Assembly: GCA_041484665.1 (NCBI GenBank)
Contig: JBGPIA010000030.1
Location: 1 to 29,857, forward strand
DNA: 29,857 nt
From: Candidatus Krumholzibacteriia bacterium
GTDB taxonomy: Bacteria; Krumholzibacteriota; Krumholzibacteriia; JAJRXK01
Reading direction: 5' to 3'
Shown: piece by piece, positions 8,756-17,945 of the stretch
How the letters are laid out: each line of letters starts with the position of its first letter
How positions within the stretch are numbered: position 1 is the stretch's first letter
The notes under the pieces: generated by a model
What the model was told of the DNA's origin: nothing
Databases searched by the model: none
Seen by the model: only the letters and a program-made list of their open reading frames with translations
Made by a program: the position numbers and the translations under genes

Positions 8756-10423
8756 TCAGCGCTGCATCAGGAGGGTCGACACCAGGATCTGCGCCAGGAT
8801 GATCTTCGCGATCATCGACGCTGGGTAGACCGTGGCATACCAGAGGTTGGGGAGCTCGTTCTCGGTCTGCTGGTTGGCATAGGCGAGACACGCCGGCTGC
8901 GTTTGGATGCCCGACACCATCCCCATCACGGCGGACATCGGCAGCTTGAGCGTGCGCGTGCCCACCCAGAGCGCGGTGACGCTCACCGCCGTGGTGATCA
9001 CGGCACCCGCTGCGATCAGCCCCCAGCCGCCGCGCTGAAAGGTGTCGCCGAAGCCGAACCCGGCCTTGGTGCCGATGCCGGCCAGGAAGAACACCAGGCC
9101 GATCTGCCGCAGCACGAGGTTGGCGTTGAAGGGCAGCGTCCAGTGGACGCGGCCGGTGCGACCGAGCCGTCCCAGCACGAGCCCCGTCATCAGGGGCCCG
9201 CCGGCGAAGCCCAGCCGGAACGTCATGCCACGCGGCAGCGGGAACGGAACCATGCCGAGGAACACGCCCAGCACGATTCCCAGCGACAACGAGAGGAAGT
9301 CGGTCTCGGAGATGGCGCGGACCGAGTCGCCGAACAACGACGTGGCGCGTCCCGCGTCCGCACGGCGCGAGACGACCAGGATGCGGTCTCCCATCTGCAG
9401 CACGGTGTCGGGGGTGGGGACGAACTCGACGTCGCCGCGCCGCAGCCGCGTGATGCTGCCCTCGAAGCCCGGGAGCAGGCGCACCTCGCGGATGGTCTTG
9501 CCGACCACCTTCTTGTTGGAGACGAACAGGTTGCTGTAGCTCGTCTCGTCGCGCCGCTCGGCGATGTGCTGCGGGCTCTCCTCACCGAACAGGATGCGGG
9601 CCCGCTCCATTGCCGCGGCGTTGCCCACGGCCACGATCTGGTCGCCGGCCGCAAGCACCGTGTCCTGCGCGACGATCTCGATCGACTCCCCCTTCTTGAT
9701 GCGGCTGAGGGCGAAGCCGGCGTTGCCAAAGGTCGCCAGCGCCTGCTCGGTTGTCTGGCCCACGACGGCGGGATTGGTCACCAGGAACGTCCGGCTCAGG
9801 ATCGCCTCGGCGCTCGCTGCCTCGAGGCGGTCGCGCTCTTCCTGGGCGAAGTCGACCTTGCGCACCCGGCCGAAGACGAAGAACCAGAGAATCACGCCGA
9901 ACACGCCGAAGGGATAGGCCAGGCCGTAGGTGACGACCGGGCTGCTGAGCAGCAACTGCACCTGATCGGCAGGAAGGCCCGGAGCCAGGTTCTTGATCGT
10001 CTCAACCGTCGCCGCCAACGCCGGGGTGTTGGTCAGCGCCCCGCAGAACAGCCCCGCCGTGCTGGCCGCCGACAGTCCCAGCAGCCGCCCCAGCAGGCCG
10101 GCCACGACCGCCCCGCCGGCCAGCACGAGCACTGCGGCGACGCCGGTGCCCAGGCCGCGCTTGTGGAACGACGCGAAGAACCCGGGCCCGGCGTGCAGCC
10201 CGATGGCGTAGACGAATAGCACCAGCCCGATGACGTAGATGGTATCGGGCAGCGCCAGCCGCGGGTCGATGGCGCCCAGCGCGATCCCCACGAACAGCAC
10301 CGCCGAGACGCCCAAGCCGAAGCCGAACAGTCGGACGCTGCCCAGGAGGTAGCCCAGGCCGATCACCGTGAACAGCAGGAGCAGCTGGTTGCCGGCCAGC
10401 AGCTCGAGGAATGCGTGCATCAC
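8756..10423 (-). CDS. AspT/YidE/YbjL family transporter (aspartate:alanine exchanger family) with two TrkA-C domains
   Basis: GLVLFVYAIGL..GPGFF, GALTNTPALA, YGLAYPFGV, LGFAGGPL and QTQPACL (duplicated membrane domain flanking two RCK-C domains). Start is GTG 10423 or ATG 10420. Confidence 0.9.
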   Translation of the reverse strand: MMHAFLELLAGNQLLLLFTVIGLGYLLGSVRLFGFGLGVSAVLFVGIALGAIDPRLALPDTIYVIGLVLFVYAIGLHAGPGFFASFHKRGLGTGVAAVLVLAGGAVVAGLLGRLLGLSAASTAGLFCGALTNTPALAATVETIKNLAPGLPADQVQLLLSSPVVTYGLAYPFGVFGVILWFFVFGRVRKVDFAQEERDRLEAASAEAILSRTFLVTNPAVVGQTTEQALATFGNAGFALSRIKKGESIEIVAQDTVLAAGDQIVAVGNAAAMERARILFGEESPQHIAERRDETSYSNLFVSNKKVVGKTIREVRLLPGFEGSITRLRRGDVEFVPTPDTVLQMGDRILVVSRRADAGRATSLFGDSVRAISETDFLSLSLGIVLGVFLGMVPFPLPRGMTFRLGFAGGPLMTGLVLGRLGRTGRVHWTLPFNANLVLRQIGLVFFLAGIGTKAGFGFGDTFQRGGWGLIAAGAVITTAVSVTALWVGTRTLKLPMSAVMGMVSGIQTQPACLAYANQQTENELPNLWYATVYPASMIAKIILAQILVSTLLMQR

Positions 10424-10709
10424 ACCCCGGCTTCCCGACCTCGATGGCCCCCTACATTGCTAAGAGCGCTCCGTCGGAGCAAGGCCGGTCCGGCCCCGCC
10501 CTGTGCCCGACCCGGCTGCTTCCGCATGCGGCCGGGTGCGCTCCCATACGCCGTTGGCGCATCCCATCGCGTGCGTCCCTGGCCGGATTCTCCCCGGGGT
10601 GCCCCCCTTGACTTCCGGGACTCCGGGCGGTGACGATTGAAGGGTGAGCCCCGCGGACGCCTCCGCCGCGGGCCCTCCTGCTCCAGTCCCAGCAACCAGA
10701 GGGAACACC

Positions 10710-12677
10710 ATGGATCGTGGTCAGAGCCTGCGCAAACCATCCCTGGGGCGCGCGTTGCGCACCCTGCCCGTGGCCCTGCTCCTCCTGACGGGCGTGAGCG
10801 CGCTGGCCAGCGCAAACGCCGTCACTTTCGACATCCCTGCGCCCCCCAGCCACTGGGGCGCCCCCTACGGCAACGTGCCCGGCGACCCGATGTTCATCGA
10901 GAACAGCATCAGGCTCCATATCCACGAGCTCTTCCTGGGCGGCGCGCCGTTCTTCAACTCCTGCGACATCGAGCCGGCCTTCGGCGGCTTCGGGACGCTG
11001 CGCATCCTGCACTACAACAACGTCAACGTGGAGTACGACTTCAGTGCGGTGCCGGTGGCTCCCGCGTCGGTCTCCTTCGAGTACCTCGACCAGGGCGGCC
11101 GCGAGAACATCATGGTCAACGGCGCCGGTCCGCCGATCGAGACGCTGACGATGGCCGCCCTCAGCGGATCGATCGTGGCGCCGGGCGTGCTGCTCATGGC
11201 CACCGCGGTTGCGACCCCGGTTGGCACCATGGGCGTGGTCACGCTGTTCGGCCCGGTGAGCGACCTGTGGGTGGGCGGCCAGGAGTTCTTCGTGGACAAC
11301 GTGCGGATGGTGTCGCCCGGCAACCCTCCGGGCGACCTGGTCTGCGACCGCATCGTCGACCACGAGTCCCTGCCGCTGGGCACCTGCTTCGGCACCTGCG
11401 CGGGCAATGTCCCTGGCGACCTCGTCTTCACGGAAGATGGCATCGGCGTGCGCGTCGACAACTTCGAGTTGGGCGGCGGGCCGATCTTCAACGTTTGCCG
11501 CGTCGATCCCACCTTCGGGGGTTTCGGCGACTTCCACATCATGATGGTGAACAACATCGACATGGTCTACGACTTCGCGGCGCTGCCGTTCGCGGTCGGC
11601 AAGGTCACGATCGAGTTCCTCGATCAGGGTGGGCGGGAGAATCTCCAGGTCAACGGTGGGACGCTCTACATCGGCGACCTGGACACCGTGGTGCCGCCCA
11701 CGCCGGAGCCGGGCATCGATTTCTTCCTGACCGAGGCGGCCACGCCCAGTGGCCTGCAAGGGACCATCACGCTGGTGGCCCAGCCTGGATCGTTCATCAA
11801 GCGCGTGCGCCTGGGCGGGCAGGAGTTCTTCGTCGACAACATCTGCGTGGGGAGCCGCTGCGACCGGTTGGTGGACAACGAGAGCCAGGCCCTCGGCACG
11901 CTCTGGGGCAGCACCGTCGGGAACTCGCCGGGCGACCTGTTCTTCGTCGAGGACGGCATCCCGGTGATCGGAGAGTGGTTCACCAATCCCGCTGGCGGGC
12001 TGACCTTCAATGGCGCGCGCATCGAGCCGAGCCTGTCCGGAATGGGCAGCAGCCACGTGCTGCATCTGAACAACATCGCGGTGGGCTACAACATCGCAGC
12101 GGTGCCGCTGGCGGTGGCCGAGGTGAGCTTCGAGTTCCTCGATCTGGGCGGTTTCGAGAACCTGCAGGTCAATGGCGGACCGCTCTACATCGGCGACCTC
12201 GCGCTGGCACCCGCCGCGATCGCGCCAGGGGTGACCTTCAGCGTGGCCACCACAGCCGTCCCCGGCGGCGTGCGGGGGATCGTCACGCTGCTCGGCCCGG
12301 TGAGCAAGGTGCTCCTGGGCGGCCAGGAGTTCTGGACGGACAACCTCTGCGTCAACGGTGAGGCGGCGAGCGGCACGCCTACGCTGGCCGCCCTCCCGGC
12401 GCGGCTCAGCCTGTCGCCGGCCCAGCCGAATCCCTTCAACCCGCGCACGGCGATCGCCTTCTCGCTGCCGTCGCAGGGTCGCGTGCGCCTCACCGTGCAC
12501 AACCTGCGCGGACGGCTCGTGCGCACGCTGCTGGATGCAGTCCAGCCCGCCGGCACGCACCAGGCGACCTGGGATGGCCAGGACGACCTTGGCAGCGCTG
12601 TCTCGTCGGGCGTCTACTTCATCAGCGCCGAGTTCAACGGCGAGGTGCAGACGCAGAAGGCGGCGTTGATCCGTTAG
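10710..12677 (+). CDS. Secreted protein with three tandem ~160-aa beta-rich domains and a C-terminal FlgD-Ig-like (PNPFNP) domain
   Basis: AGAGGGA SD before ATG 10710; signal peptide ending ...VSALASA; three repeats each containing GNxPGD, NN[IV], E[FY]LDxGGxEN.xVNG and GGQEF[FW]xDN; tail PNPFNPRTAIAF...WDGQDDLGSAVSSGVY. Confidence 0.85.
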   Translation: MDRGQSLRKPSLGRALRTLPVALLLLTGVSALASANAVTFDIPAPPSHWGAPYGNVPGDPMFIENSIRLHIHELFLGGAPFFNSCDIEPAFGGFGTLRILHYNNVNVEYDFSAVPVAPASVSFEYLDQGGRENIMVNGAGPPIETLTMAALSGSIVAPGVLLMATAVATPVGTMGVVTLFGPVSDLWVGGQEFFVDNVRMVSPGNPPGDLVCDRIVDHESLPLGTCFGTCAGNVPGDLVFTEDGIGVRVDNFELGGGPIFNVCRVDPTFGGFGDFHIMMVNNIDMVYDFAALPFAVGKVTIEFLDQGGRENLQVNGGTLYIGDLDTVVPPTPEPGIDFFLTEAATPSGLQGTITLVAQPGSFIKRVRLGGQEFFVDNICVGSRCDRLVDNESQALGTLWGSTVGNSPGDLFFVEDGIPVIGEWFTNPAGGLTFNGARIEPSLSGMGSSHVLHLNNIAVGYNIAAVPLAVAEVSFEFLDLGGFENLQVNGGPLYIGDLALAPAAIAPGVTFSVATTAVPGGVRGIVTLLGPVSKVLLGGQEFWTDNLCVNGEAASGTPTLAALPARLSLSPAQPNPFNPRTAIAFSLPSQGRVRLTVHNLRGRLVRTLLDAVQPAGTHQATWDGQDDLGSAVSSGVYFISAEFNGEVQTQKAALIR

Positions 12678-12715
12678 CGCTCGCCGATCGCGTGGCCGTC
12701 ACGTGACGCCCATTG

Positions 12716-12750
12716 GAAGGGGCGGTCCCATTGGGGGGCCGCCCCTCTTC
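12716..12750 (+). terminator. Intrinsic terminator-like hairpin between convergent genes
   Basis: GGGGCGGTCCC-ATTGGG-GGGCCGCCCC followed by TCTTC; GC-rich stem with a weak U-tract. Confidence 0.6.
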
Positions 12751-12769
12751 TGCGCCTGCTACGCGCGGC

Positions 12770-12914
12770 TTGTGGCTGGAAGCGGTCTTCAGCCTGCGGC
12801 GTGTGGCTCAGAGCGGCCTTCCGCCTCGGGCCTACGGCCTGTGGCTCGGAGCGGCCTTCGGCTTCGGGCCTGCGGCTCGTTGCTGAAAGCGGCCTTCCGC
12901 CCCGGGCCTACGGC
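12770..12914. repeat. 38-bp degenerate tandem repeat (3 full units plus 1 shorter unit)
   Basis: Units at 12801, 12839 and 12877, consensus nnGTkGCTsrrAGCGGCCTTCsGCyyCGGGCCTrCGGC; shorter unit at 12770-12800. Confidence 0.9.
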
Positions 12915-13925
12915 TCAGAACTCGTAGCCGGTATTGAAGAAGACCTGGGCGTCGTCGGACTCCTTGGTCAGCCCGAACAACGGCGCGATGTTGAGGGTCA
13001 TCTGCGGCAGCGGCCGGTACTGCAGGCTGGGCCCCAAGCGGATGTTCTTCGCGAAATTGCCGCGGCCGGCCGCGACATCGGTGAAGGCGCAGCGAGTCTC
13101 GGCGCCGAGCGACAGCTTGGAGTCGATCACGGAGCGCGAGATGCCTCCGGTGACCTCGTATTCGTACTCACGTTCCCCGCTCAGCTCCAGCTCGGCCACG
13201 AAATTGAGCCCGGCGTGCCAGCCTTCCGACAGCTGGCCGCCCAGCAGCAGCTTGGGCTCGATTTTGTCCGGGCGCTCCTCCAGGCCGACCCACTCGAAAT
13301 AGAACGTCGGGTTTCCCCACAAGCGGCCCCATTCGGCGAACGCCCAGCGCACTTCGACCTGTTGGCCGAGCTGCATCGCGGACAGGTCACCCTCCTGATC
13401 GAACCGCAGGTACAGGTCGAGCTGGAAGCGGTGCGGAAGCCCGAACTCCATTTCCCACAGGCTGCGCATCTCGTTGATGCCGTTGTTCCAGGTCGGGCGC
13501 GCCCAGTACTCGAACTCGACTTTGCCCTCGGGGACGACGTAGACGCGGGTGCTGGGGAAGCGCCGCGTGGCGGTCCAGCGCGGCTGGCTGTAGGTCCCGA
13601 TGCGCTGCTCCTCGCGCAAGCGGTGGGGGCGCTCGCCGATCACGACCACCTCGGGCAGCTTCCACGAGCGGTGCTCCCGTTCCTGCGGAGTCTGCGTTGT
13701 GTCGCGGCTGGCGGCAGGGCGTCGCTGCGCGTCGGCCGGATTGACGACCTGGGCGAGCTCCACCCCGCCGGCGTCGACGTCCGAGCGGGCGGGGCCGATC
13801 GGGGAGGCCACCTCGCCGGCACCACCGCCCCCAGCGGCCCCAGCGCCCAACGCATTGCCGGACAGCACCGGTGCGAGCACGGCCGCCGCCAGGGCAACGG
13901 TCCGGGCGAGTGGAAGTTTGCTCAC
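12915..13925 (-). CDS. Putative small outer-membrane beta-barrel protein
   Basis: GAGGAG SD before GTG 13925; signal peptide; LPEVVVIG motif; alternating amphipathic strands; ends VFFNTGYEF (C-terminal Phe barrel signature). Confidence 0.75.
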   Translation of the reverse strand: MSKLPLARTVALAAAVLAPVLSGNALGAGAAGGGGAGEVASPIGPARSDVDAGGVELAQVVNPADAQRRPAASRDTTQTPQEREHRSWKLPEVVVIGERPHRLREEQRIGTYSQPRWTATRRFPSTRVYVVPEGKVEFEYWARPTWNNGINEMRSLWEMEFGLPHRFQLDLYLRFDQEGDLSAMQLGQQVEVRWAFAEWGRLWGNPTFYFEWVGLEERPDKIEPKLLLGGQLSEGWHAGLNFVAELELSGEREYEYEVTGGISRSVIDSKLSLGAETRCAFTDVAAGRGNFAKNIRLGPSLQYRPLPQMTLNIAPLFGLTKESDDAQVFFNTGYEF

Positions 13926-14121
13926 GGTGATCTCCTCGGGAAGCAATCGGTTCAATCCACGGAATGGATCGGATGCAATGCTGCGGGGCAATGCCGGATG
14001 TCCATGCGGACGGTTGCCACGCGAGGTGAGCAGGCAGTGCACAGCCCCACCCCGTCCTCTGCGCATGGCGTGAGCGAAACCGGCCGTTTCCACAGCCGAA
14101 ACGCTGGTGTGCGGCCCTACT

Positions 14122-14137
14122 AGCAACTGAGGTGCCG
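14122..14137 (-). promoter_or_regulatory. Candidate sigma54 (-24/-12) promoter for the barrel gene
   Basis: Minus strand CGGCAC-CTCAG-TTGCT matches TGGCAC-N5-TTGCW with correct GG-N10-GC spacing, about 200 bp upstream of the start. Confidence 0.6.
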
Positions 14138-14237
14138 TGTCCGTCCCCCGTGCAGGCCGGGGCTGGCTCCGAGTCGCTTTGAAGCGGGGCGCGTTGCACC
14201 GACGCACGGCGCGGGAGCCCTACGAGCTGCTTCCCGG

Positions 14238-14266
14238 TTGCCCGGGCCAGTGGCCGGAAGGATACT
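14238..14266 (+). promoter_or_regulatory. Candidate leaderless promoter for the lipoprotein gene
   Basis: TTGCCC-N17-GATACT-N7-ATG(14274); the -10 lacks the first T. Confidence 0.4.
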
Positions 14267-14273
14267 GCCGCCC

Positions 14274-16082
14274 ATGATCAGGATCGCCCAGAGCGTCGGG
14301 CCCGCAGCGAGCCTTCCCGCCAGGCGCGTACTTCACGCCCCACATCGCCGCTGGCTGGCGGTGGTCGGCGTGCTGCTCCTGGGTGGAGCAGCGTGCTCGC
14401 GCCAATCCGCGCAGCAGCAGTCCCCCCCGCCCACGAGCGCCGCGCCGGGGACCGCGTCCGGGGGCGCGCCCACCACCGCGCCGCCATCCCCGCAAGCTCC
14501 CGGGGCGCCGAGCGCGACGGCCGCGGTGCAGACCAGCCCTTCAGCGACCGAACATCTTCCCCCCTGGTCACAGGCCGTGCCCCAGTGGGGCCCGCGCGGG
14601 CACCTCCAGACGCCTCTGATCGACGAGTGCTCGGGCATCGTGCGCGGCCGACTGCACCCCGATGTCTACTGGGTGCACAACGACTCGGGCGACTCGGCGC
14701 GGATCTTCGCCATCGCGTCCGACGGAGCACTGGTGGGAGTGCTGCCCGTGCCCGGGGCCCGCAACGTAGACTGGGAGGACATCACCGACGACGACGCCGG
14801 AAACCTGTACGTGTGCGACGTCGGCAACAACCGTAGCGAGCGCCGCGACCTGGCGATCTACGTGGTCGCGGAGCCCGACCCGCGACGCGACCATGCCGCG
14901 CGGCTCGTGCGCAGGCTACGCTTCCACTATCCCGATCAGACCGCCTTCCCCGATCCGCAACGCAACTTCGATTGCGAGGCAGCGTTCTGGCTGCGCGGCA
15001 AGCTGTACTTGCTCACCAAGCACCGCGGAGATACCCGCACCTGCTTGTACTGCCTGGACGACCTGCAGTCGTCCTTTGACCAGACACTGCGCCCCATCGA
15101 CAGCTTCGACGTGGCCAGCCAGGTGACTGCGGCATCGCTCTCGGCCGACGGGCGCGAGTTGGCGGTCCTGACCTACGAGTATCTGTATCTGTTCGACCAG
15201 CAGCCCGGCGCGGAGCCATCCCTCTCCCGGGGCGTCGTGCGCCGCCTGCCGTTCGAGGCAAAGCAGGACGAGGCCATCCTCCACGACGGCGACGTGCTCC
15301 GCGTGCTCAACGAGCAGGGGGAGATCCACCTGCTGGCGACGAGCGCGGTACGCGCAGCCGCGGCGATGCGCCCCGCCGCGGCTGCAGCGGTATTCACCGT
15401 TGCGCCCGACGCCCCCGAGGCGCTGGCCCGCGGCTACCTCCCGCCGCGGCCAAGCGTCCTGCTCACGTCGAAGCAAGCGACGGCGCTCCCGTTGGACGCC
15501 GCGCAGGGCGAGAATCGCGAGGCCGCGCCCGCCAAGGGCGACGCGACGGCAACGGTCGAGCGCGACGGCGATGGGCTGCGGATCTCGGTGGCATGGGAGG
15601 CTCTGGACCCCACGGCAGACGCCGCGCGGAGCAAGGACGACGCCGAGCCGCCGGTGCTGGCGTACATCGCCTTTGGCGCCCTCAGCGCGCGGCCCGCACC
15701 CGGACCGGGGGACCAGGTGTGGGCGCTGACGCTGCGCGGGGGTGCCGTGGTCGCGCAAGCGCTGGGTGGCAACGCGCCCGTCGCGGCGCCGCCGGCGCTC
15801 GCGCTGCGGATCAGCGGCCGGCGCGTTGAGGGGTCGCTGGTGCTGCACGCCGCGCACGCCGCCCCGCAGGACGCAGCGCAGCAGGACGCTGCGCAGCAGG
15901 ACGCGGCGTCGCGGGACGCAGCGTCGCGGGACGCAGCGGCCCAAGGTGCGGGGGAGGCGCTCTGCGTCGTCCTCTTCGCGCCCAGCGGCGGCGATTGGTC
16001 GTTCGGCGGCGGGTGGGCGATGCGCGGGCCCCTCAATCCCTTTCTCTGGGGCCAGCTCGCCGGATCGCAGCGTCGCTCGTAG
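14274..16082 (+). CDS. Putative lipoprotein with SdiA-regulated/phytase-like beta-propeller domain and an unrecognised C-terminal domain
   Basis: Lipobox-like VLLLGGAA-C; Pro/Ala/Thr linker; ECSGI, YWVHNDSGD, NVDWEDI, CDVGNN, NFDCEA and LYLLTK motifs. Confidence 0.75.
   Translation: MIRIAQSVGPAASLPARRVLHAPHRRWLAVVGVLLLGGAACSRQSAQQQSPPPTSAAPGTASGGAPTTAPPSPQAPGAPSATAAVQTSPSATEHLPPWSQAVPQWGPRGHLQTPLIDECSGIVRGRLHPDVYWVHNDSGDSARIFAIASDGALVGVLPVPGARNVDWEDITDDDAGNLYVCDVGNNRSERRDLAIYVVAEPDPRRDHAARLVRRLRFHYPDQTAFPDPQRNFDCEAAFWLRGKLYLLTKHRGDTRTCLYCLDDLQSSFDQTLRPIDSFDVASQVTAASLSADGRELAVLTYEYLYLFDQQPGAEPSLSRGVVRRLPFEAKQDEAILHDGDVLRVLNEQGEIHLLATSAVRAAAAMRPAAAAAVFTVAPDAPEALARGYLPPRPSVLLTSKQATALPLDAAQGENREAAPAKGDATATVERDGDGLRISVAWEALDPTADAARSKDDAEPPVLAYIAFGALSARPAPGPGDQVWALTLRGGAVVAQALGGNAPVAAPPALALRISGRRVEGSLVLHAAHAAPQDAAQQDAAQQDAASRDAASRDAAAQGAGEALCVVLFAPSGGDWSFGGGWAMRGPLNPFLWGQLAGSQRRS
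15870..15944 (+). repeat. In-frame 15-bp tandem repeat x5 (DAAQQ DAAQQ DAASR DAASR DAAAQ)
   Basis: GACGCnGCG-anchored 15-bp units at 15870, 15885, 15900, 15915 and 15930. Confidence 0.9.
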
Positions 16083-16149
16083 ATTCTTCAGGCGCAGCCC
16101 GCTCCTTGCGGGTCGTTCCCACCCGTGGCCCCCTCGAAAGGCCCTGGAG

Positions 16150-17073
16150 ATGCCCGAGCCTATCCGCTTCGATCCCACGCCCGTCGAGGCCGTGCGTGTC
16201 CAGGCCGTGCCCGTGCAGCGCAGCCGCGGCGTCGAGCACGTGATCCGCGCCCAACCGGTCACCGATGGGGCTGGCGTCAGGCTGTTTCGCAACTTCGATG
16301 CGCAGCTCCAGCAACGCCTGGATCCCTTCCTGATGCTCGACGAGTTCCGCTCCGACGATGCCGACGACTACATCGCAGGCTTTCCCGAGCATCCCCACCG
16401 CGGCTTCGAGACCGTCACCTACATGCTGGCCGGCACCATGCGCCACCAGGACAGCGCGGGCAACAGCGGGCTGTTGCGCTCGGGTGGCGTGCAATGGATG
16501 AAGGCCGCGCGCGGCGTCCTGCACTCCGAGATGCCCGAGCAGGAGCAGGGACTCATGCATGGCTTCCAGCTGTGGCTGAATCTCCCAGCGGCCGAGAAGA
16601 TGGACCCGCCCGGCTACGACGACATCCCCGCCGAGCGGATCGTCGCGTTCGCGCTGGCCAGCGGCGTGCAAGGCAAGGTGATCGCCGGGCAGAGCCACGG
16701 CGTGCGTGGTCCCGCTCCGGCGCGCGCGACCGAGCCTTTGTATGTGGACCTGGCGCTGCCCGCGGGCACGCAGCTCACGCTGCCGATTCCCCAAGGACAC
16801 AACAGCTTCGCGTACGTCTACGAGGGGGAGGCGGAGCTCGGGCCTGCGCAAGCCGTGCAGACCGTTGCCGTGCGACAGTTGGCCGTTCTGGGCAACGAGC
16901 GTGAAGCCGATGGGATACGGATCGCGGCGGGACAGCGTTCCGCCCGCCTGCTGGTCCTGGCGGGCAAGCCCTTGCACGAGACCATCGTTCAGCATGGCCC
17001 GTTCGTGATGAACACACGCCGTGAGATCATGGAAGCGTTCGAGGATTACCAGGCCGGGCGGCTGGGCCGCTGA
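16150..17073 (+). CDS. Pirin family protein
   Basis: DGAGV, LDPFLMLDEF, GFPEHPHRGFETVTY, MRHQDSAGN, HSEMP, GFQLWLNLP and GPFVMNT motifs. Confidence 0.95.
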   Translation: MPEPIRFDPTPVEAVRVQAVPVQRSRGVEHVIRAQPVTDGAGVRLFRNFDAQLQQRLDPFLMLDEFRSDDADDYIAGFPEHPHRGFETVTYMLAGTMRHQDSAGNSGLLRSGGVQWMKAARGVLHSEMPEQEQGLMHGFQLWLNLPAAEKMDPPGYDDIPAERIVAFALASGVQGKVIAGQSHGVRGPAPARATEPLYVDLALPAGTQLTLPIPQGHNSFAYVYEGEAELGPAQAVQTVAVRQLAVLGNEREADGIRIAAGQRSARLLVLAGKPLHETIVQHGPFVMNTRREIMEAFEDYQAGRLGR

Positions 17074-17076
17074 CCG

Positions 17077-17197
17077 ATCGCGGTCGCGCGAAACATCGCC
17101 CTCGCGCGAAGCATCGCAGTCGCGCGAGATCTCGCGGTCGCCGGGAGCGGCCGGGCGGCCTGCGGCGAGGCCGAGGGCGAGGCCGTCGGCGAGGCCG
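17077..17197. repeat. Short tandem repeats between convergent genes (18-bp x3.5, then GGCGAGGCCG x3 at 12-bp period)
   Basis: ATCGCnnTCGCGCGArrn at 17077, 17095, 17113 and (partial) 17131; GGCGAGGCCG at 17164, 17176 and 17188. Confidence 0.85.
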
Positions 17198-17211
17198 GCT
17201 GCGGTCCGAGT

Positions 17212-17835
17212 TCACTTCAATCGTGAGTACGTCGTCGCGAGCACCGAGAAATGTGGAGCCTGCGGGTCGGCGCCGGAGACCTCGATCACGAAGTGGTCGT
17301 CGTCGAGCTGTCGCCACGTCGCCCGCAGGGCCTGCTTGCCTTCCGCCGGGTCGATATAGCTCCCGGACCACTCGATCGTGACGCCACCATCCTCGCTGGT
17401 GCCCGTGAGGCCGAGGATCGCGGTCGAGCCCGTATGGGCCCATGAGGCCTCGTACTGCTTGGTGCCGTTGTTGTACCCGTAGAGGCGCTCGCCGGTGAAC
17501 GGCTCGCCCATGAGCGTCCCAGCGTCCTCCTCGAGCAGGAACCGGCCGCTGCAGATGCTGGTGAGGGTCGCGGTTCCGGTCGACTCCTGCACCGGGCCGT
17601 CGGCCCCCATGCGGAATCTCAACACGGTCGTGTAGCGGCCCGCGCGAGCGGCCAGCAGCCCATGGGCTGGGCTGGGCGCGTTGGCCTGCAGCATAGCTTG
17701 CATGCTCGATGTCCCCCCCGCGGTCCTCTGGCCGCCCTGCGCCGCCGCCGGGGTGGTCGCGGCGCTGAGGATCAGCAACGGCATCATCAGACCCAGGGCG
17801 ATGGACGCCACGGTGTGCGATCGCTTGACGTGCAC
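17212..17835 (-). CDS. Exported DUF1579-like protein
   Basis: AAGGAG SD before GTG 17835; signal peptide; PSPAHGLL...AG.Y, GRFL.E, MGEPFTG...GYNNGTKQYEASW and TYSRLK pattern. Confidence 0.75.
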   Translation of the reverse strand: MHVKRSHTVASIALGLMMPLLILSAATTPAAAQGGQRTAGGTSSMQAMLQANAPSPAHGLLAARAGRYTTVLRFRMGADGPVQESTGTATLTSICSGRFLLEEDAGTLMGEPFTGERLYGYNNGTKQYEASWAHTGSTAILGLTGTSEDGGVTIEWSGSYIDPAEGKQALRATWRQLDDDHFVIEVSGADPQAPHFSVLATTYSRLK

Positions 17836-17945
17836 GGAGGGCTCCTTTCGGGGGAAGCAATGGTGGCGCACCCGGTCCGCCCCGCGAGCGCGAGCCGGCC
17901 AGTGTTCTCGCCCGGCAACGGCGGGGCGCACTGCGGTGCGTGCGC

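Noticed and set aside
6200..10219. 1339-aa plus-strand ORF
   Set aside because: Antisense shadow of the CLC and AspT-family genes; no recognisable motifs. Long shadow ORFs are expected at this GC content.
10608..10637. Sigma70 promoter TTGACT-N18-GACGAT for the triple-domain gene
   Set aside because: Good -35 but a weak -10 at non-optimal spacing; not enough to call.
12770..12914. CRISPR or other guide-RNA array
   Set aside because: Units are contiguous with no unique spacers; variation is limited to scattered substitutions.
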